This document shows, piece by piece, positions 26,900-30,249 of a stretch of 30,249 nt of DNA; the first letter of the stretch is position 1, and every line of letters starts with the position of its first letter. The stretch is from Candidatus Melainabacteria bacterium 17Bon1m (GTDB lineage: Bacteria > Cyanobacteriota > Vampirovibrionia > Obscuribacterales > Obscuribacteraceae): contig JAVLKG010000023.1 in NCBI GenBank assembly GCA_032128875.1, forward strand, positions 1 to 30,249, written 5' to 3'. The notes under the pieces are model-generated. The model saw nothing but the letters and a program-made list of their open reading frames with translations. It did no database searches and was not told the DNA's origin. Both the position numbers and the translations under genes were made by a program.

Positions 26900-27218
26900 G
26901 GCTTAAGGTTCCAGTCGCAAGACTAGAATTTTAGGCTAGCTTCAACCCAGTCGCGTTGGGCAGTTCATTAGCATCTTCACGCTGTGAGGTGCTGCTGAAC
27001 TGTCCATCTGCTCTTTGGCAGGCACGCTCTCGGGCGTGTCGCGACAGGGGATTTCCTCCAGTCGTGCGCGTAATTCTGTGCGTACGACTTCAGCGTGTCG
27101 ACTCCACCGGTGGTGCTAGGGAGTCGGGCACGGTCAGTGTGTGCAGCGTCGGATACGTTGCACCAGGTTGCTTCGAGTGTCCACTGCTCTCGAAGACACA
27201 AACACGGAGCGTAAAAAC

Positions 27219-27494
27219 ATGAAATTGGTCAACAGCCTCGAAATCATCGGTGAACCCACTCGCGTCGACCAGCAGGTCGCCTGTCCCGGATGCAGCGCTC
27301 GCGCGATGCTCTTCAACGACGGGTCGGTCCTCTGCATCGCCGAGGGCGGCAAGTGCTATGCGCCGGAGCCGACCGACGGAGAGAAGTGGCAGATGCGCCA
27401 GGAGTTCGACGCGAAGAACGGCATCACGCCTTCCGACCGTCTGCTCATCCCGGCTCGCCTGCAGAGCGAACTCGCCGAAAGCCTGCAGGACTAA
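27219..27494 (+). CDS. Small Cys-containing (putative zinc-ribbon) protein
   Basis: GGAG RBS and ATG 27219; CPGC...C-x6-C; strong C/G third-position bias. Confidence 0.7.
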   Translation: MKLVNSLEIIGEPTRVDQQVACPGCSARAMLFNDGSVLCIAEGGKCYAPEPTDGEKWQMRQEFDAKNGITPSDRLLIPARLQSELAESLQD

Positions 27495-27653
27495 CAGTTC
27501 GGTATCAATCCACCGAAGACTTGCGCAAGGATCGTCCTAGGCGTTTCATCGTCTAACAAGCCCTATCAGCACTTCACGGCAGCTCTTGTGAAGTCCTGTT
27601 GAGCTTGAGTATCTCGCCTGGTTTCCGGTAGATCGAGAATCCAAACTGTTTTC

Positions 27654-27699
27654 GAGAGCGGCGGGTGTAATCACCTGATTCCCCGCCGCTCTCATTTTT
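27654..27699 (+). terminator. Intrinsic terminator closing the deaminase cluster
   Basis: GAGAGCGGCGGG / CCCGCCGCTCTC 12-bp perfect stem followed by ATTTTT. Confidence 0.7.
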
Positions 27700-27842
27700 G
27701 AAACCATTAATACTATAATAAACAGTAAGATCGAAAGTGGCTGAACGAGGGCTTTTCAGCTCCGTTGAGTTTGTCTGATTTGCGCTCAGTTTTGCGGTGA
27801 GTGTTGCAGCGTTTTTTGAAAGTGTTTCGAATTAGGCTGCTC

Positions 27843-28631
27843 CTAGTACTTCCGTACAGCGCCACCATCGATGGTGACAGTTGTGCCGGTAATGAACTCG
27901 GCTTTTGGTGATGAGAGAAACGCGACCAGAGCGCCTAGATCTTCAGGTTTGCCAAAGCGTTTTACTGGTGAATACTTTTTCCAATCTTCCAAGACTTCCG
28001 CTCGCGTGGTCTTCTGTGCATTTGCATATTGAAGCGCAAGGTTCTCCACGAGCGGCGTTTCGAAATACCCTGGGCAAATGACGTTTACTGTTACACCGTC
28101 TTGTGCAACTTCGGTGGCTATGCACTTTGCCATTGCGTTCAAGCCTGTTCTCAGCGTACTTTGAACGACTGATGAGCTTTCTGCTTCCAAGCCGAAAATG
28201 GAACCTATGAAAATAATCCGTCCGAATTTTTGCTGTTTCATTGCAGGCAAAACCAATCTACTCAGAACGATTGGCGGGCGCAAAACGAGTTCTTGCCCCA
28301 GTTTCCATTGTTCGTCAGTTGCTTGGGAAAATGGGTAAGTTGGCGGGTGCCCAGTGCTCACAACCAGAATGTCTATCCCATTGAGAAACTTGTGCGCCTC
28401 ATGGAACACGCGCTGTAAGTCGGCTTCGTTTGTCAGATCTGCGTTGATTCCGATTGTTTTCGCGCCTGTACGCTCGGCAATCTGCGAGGAGGCATTCCTC
28501 ACTTTCTCCTCATCGCGCGAACATATCGCGACCGATGCGCCTTCCTCTGCCAGCGACTGTGCGCAGGCAAATCCGAGCCCATAGCTGGCTCCTGTGACAA
28601 GCGCTTTCTTACCTTGCAGTTTTAAATCCAT
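27843..28631 (-). CDS. SDR family oxidoreductase (BKR-like, atypical active site)
   Basis: MDLKLQGKKALVTGASYGLG, GRIIFIGS, VTVNVICPG..T, RFGKPED, FITG...IDGG. Confidence 0.92.
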   Translation of the reverse strand: MDLKLQGKKALVTGASYGLGFACAQSLAEEGASVAICSRDEEKVRNASSQIAERTGAKTIGINADLTNEADLQRVFHEAHKFLNGIDILVVSTGHPPTYPFSQATDEQWKLGQELVLRPPIVLSRLVLPAMKQQKFGRIIFIGSIFGLEAESSSVVQSTLRTGLNAMAKCIATEVAQDGVTVNVICPGYFETPLVENLALQYANAQKTTRAEVLEDWKKYSPVKRFGKPEDLGALVAFLSSPKAEFITGTTVTIDGGAVRKY

Positions 28632-29031
28632 TTCAAACGCCTCGATGCCGTGGATGAATATTTTAGCGCTCCGTACTAAGTTGCGTTGTCACTCGCGTTG
28701 TTCGCGGCGAAGGTGCACGATCTGAGTAAGTTCATATTTCGGCACAGGCCCATTTAAAGCTCTTGATAGGCGTTGATTTGGCCAAGTATACGCAATTAGA
28801 CTAAAACTCTATTTGCACTTTTCCATTTGCGCCACGAGAACACTTTCCCGCACCAGAGCAAGGCTATTGCACGAGAAGAATCTGTTTCCACCGAGTCATG
28901 ACTTGGTCGCTGAAACATCGTCTGTCCAGCTCTCTGTGCGAGAAAGCGCGTTTGTTAATCGACTTATGTTCTAGGTTGAACGAATCAGTCAGAACATTAC
29001 TTGCTTAGCAATTCTCAAAGCGCATACGGTA

Positions 29032-30072
29032 ATGCAGAACAAAACTATTCATCACCGCCGTATCGCAAAAAACAATCGATCGGCACAAATCATGCAATTT
29101 ATGGTGTCAAATGCAGACCAAATCATCCCACAGGGAGAGATTCGCCGTTTTTCTTCAGGTAGCGTACACAAAGAAGTTTTAGAGCAAATTTTTGGAGAGT
29201 GGCCGTCCAACTTCGCGGAAAAGGATGATGACCCAAGGCGCGCAAGAGCGTTCGCAGTTGTTCGTCAAATCTTGCATTTTTACTACCACGAGCACGTTTT
29301 CGACAGGTTTGTTTTCGAGGGTTACATAGACGGTCTTACGCACATGGATCGTTTGCTGTCGTTTTACTCCTACGAAAACGCTGTCAACAAGGCGCATTCC
29401 CTGGTGCACGAACGGCTCAGCTTGCTCAATCACATCGAAGCTGTTTTCTTCAACACGACCGACCAGGGAGATCGCCAGCGCAAGCGCGTTAATCAATCAG
29501 GACAGGCAGTTTCAGAGAATGAATCCTACGTTTTTGCACTTCGTGAAGGGTTGAGGTACGGTTTACTTCTAACTCTTGCGCAGACAGCTGATGGGTTTCA
29601 GCAGCCGGAAGTCGCGAAGTTCTACTCTGCGGACCTCGACTTCATGGTCAACGAACAGCCACGCATGAGTGTGAAACACGTCGATCGCCTTCACGTGCCC
29701 ACGTGCGATGCGTCCGCTAACGGACTGAAACAAGCGCTCGAATTCATCCGCATCGTGTCGATGGTTGAGGTTTGGAATCGCCACGACAAGTCGCTCTACA
29801 ACCCAATCAGCGACCCTCTCTGCAATCGTTTCAAGCGCATACTTACAAGCGATGACTTGCAAGTTTTGTTCGTCAAGGCACTGCGCGCAAACAAGCAGAT
29901 GTTCCACTTGTTCCGCTTGGGCTGTGGCAATGAGTCATGTGTGCCAGCAATAGGCAATTTCATTTTCTACCTGGACGTGCCCGCTCACCAAGTCCCCAAA
30001 TGCCATATCGCAGCTGTGTTGCAGCCGCTTGAGATAGTGGCCAGTCAGGACAACAACTGGAAAAATAGGTAG
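29032..30072 (+). CDS. Hypothetical protein
   Basis: 346-aa ORF followed by a terminator-like hairpin; no recognised motif; start uncertain (alternative ATGs at 29092 and 29101). Confidence 0.7.
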   Translation: MQNKTIHHRRIAKNNRSAQIMQFMVSNADQIIPQGEIRRFSSGSVHKEVLEQIFGEWPSNFAEKDDDPRRARAFAVVRQILHFYYHEHVFDRFVFEGYIDGLTHMDRLLSFYSYENAVNKAHSLVHERLSLLNHIEAVFFNTTDQGDRQRKRVNQSGQAVSENESYVFALREGLRYGLLLTLAQTADGFQQPEVAKFYSADLDFMVNEQPRMSVKHVDRLHVPTCDASANGLKQALEFIRIVSMVEVWNRHDKSLYNPISDPLCNRFKRILTSDDLQVLFVKALRANKQMFHLFRLGCGNESCVPAIGNFIFYLDVPAHQVPKCHIAAVLQPLEIVASQDNNWKNR

Positions 30073-30097
30073 TTTGAGTATCACAATTGACCGAAGT

Positions 30098-30130
30098 AAT
30101 GGCACCGTAATTGGTGTCATTCTTCTTTTT
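30098..30130 (+). terminator. Probable intrinsic terminator
   Basis: AATGGCACC-GTAATT-GGTGTCATT followed by CTTCTTTTT. Confidence 0.55.
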
Positions 30131-30249
30131 GATTTTGCAATACTAAAATAGATAGTATAGTGCTCAAAAAGCTGTATGACCTCAGTGAACCATGCGGAGC
30201 TGGTCGGGTTCGATTGTTTTCCACGGCAGAAACGATGACAAATCCTCGG

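Noticed and set aside
26900..27700. Integron attC sites as the explanation for the hairpin spacers
   Set aside because: No RYYYAAC...GTTRRRY framing, no shared sequence between spacers, and no integron integrase in the window.
30235..30249. Possible gene start ATGACAAATCCTCGG at the window edge
   Set aside because: Only five codons are visible and there is no clear RBS.

Overview
Bacterial chromosomal segment with about 29 likely protein-coding genes. I found no rRNA, tRNA, CRISPR array, transposase or integrase. Recognisable genes: two tandem proteins with a ClpX-type zinc finger, an FMN reductase, three thioredoxin-like proteins, a histidine-phosphatase/proline-iminopeptidase fusion, cytidine deaminase, TPR proteins, an MBOAT+SGNH O-acylation pair, a glycerophosphodiester phosphodiesterase, isoaspartyl peptidase, an ABCD/BacA-like transporter, a PNK-like kinase, a GH39 glycosidase, TerB, orphan AtpZ/I and ExbD, a divergent adenosine-deaminase-like enzyme and an atypical SDR. 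The gene style (many orphan and secreted/TPR proteins, scattered orphan subunits) reminds me of Vampirovibrionia/Obscuribacterales, but this is a low-confidence guess with no marker gene to support it. The most striking unexplained signal is that two gene classes alternate. One has almost exclusively C/G-ending codons, and its intergenic spacers are packed with back-to-back hairpins whose imperfections are mostly G-U pairs that form only on the sense strand. The other has relaxed, A/T-richer codons and plain spacers. Other notable items are a duplicated 26-bp dyad in a convergent spacer, the phosphatase-Pip fusion with an internal RBS, and standalone ClpX zinc-finger paralogs. All calls come from motif reading by eye, with no database searches or folding software.
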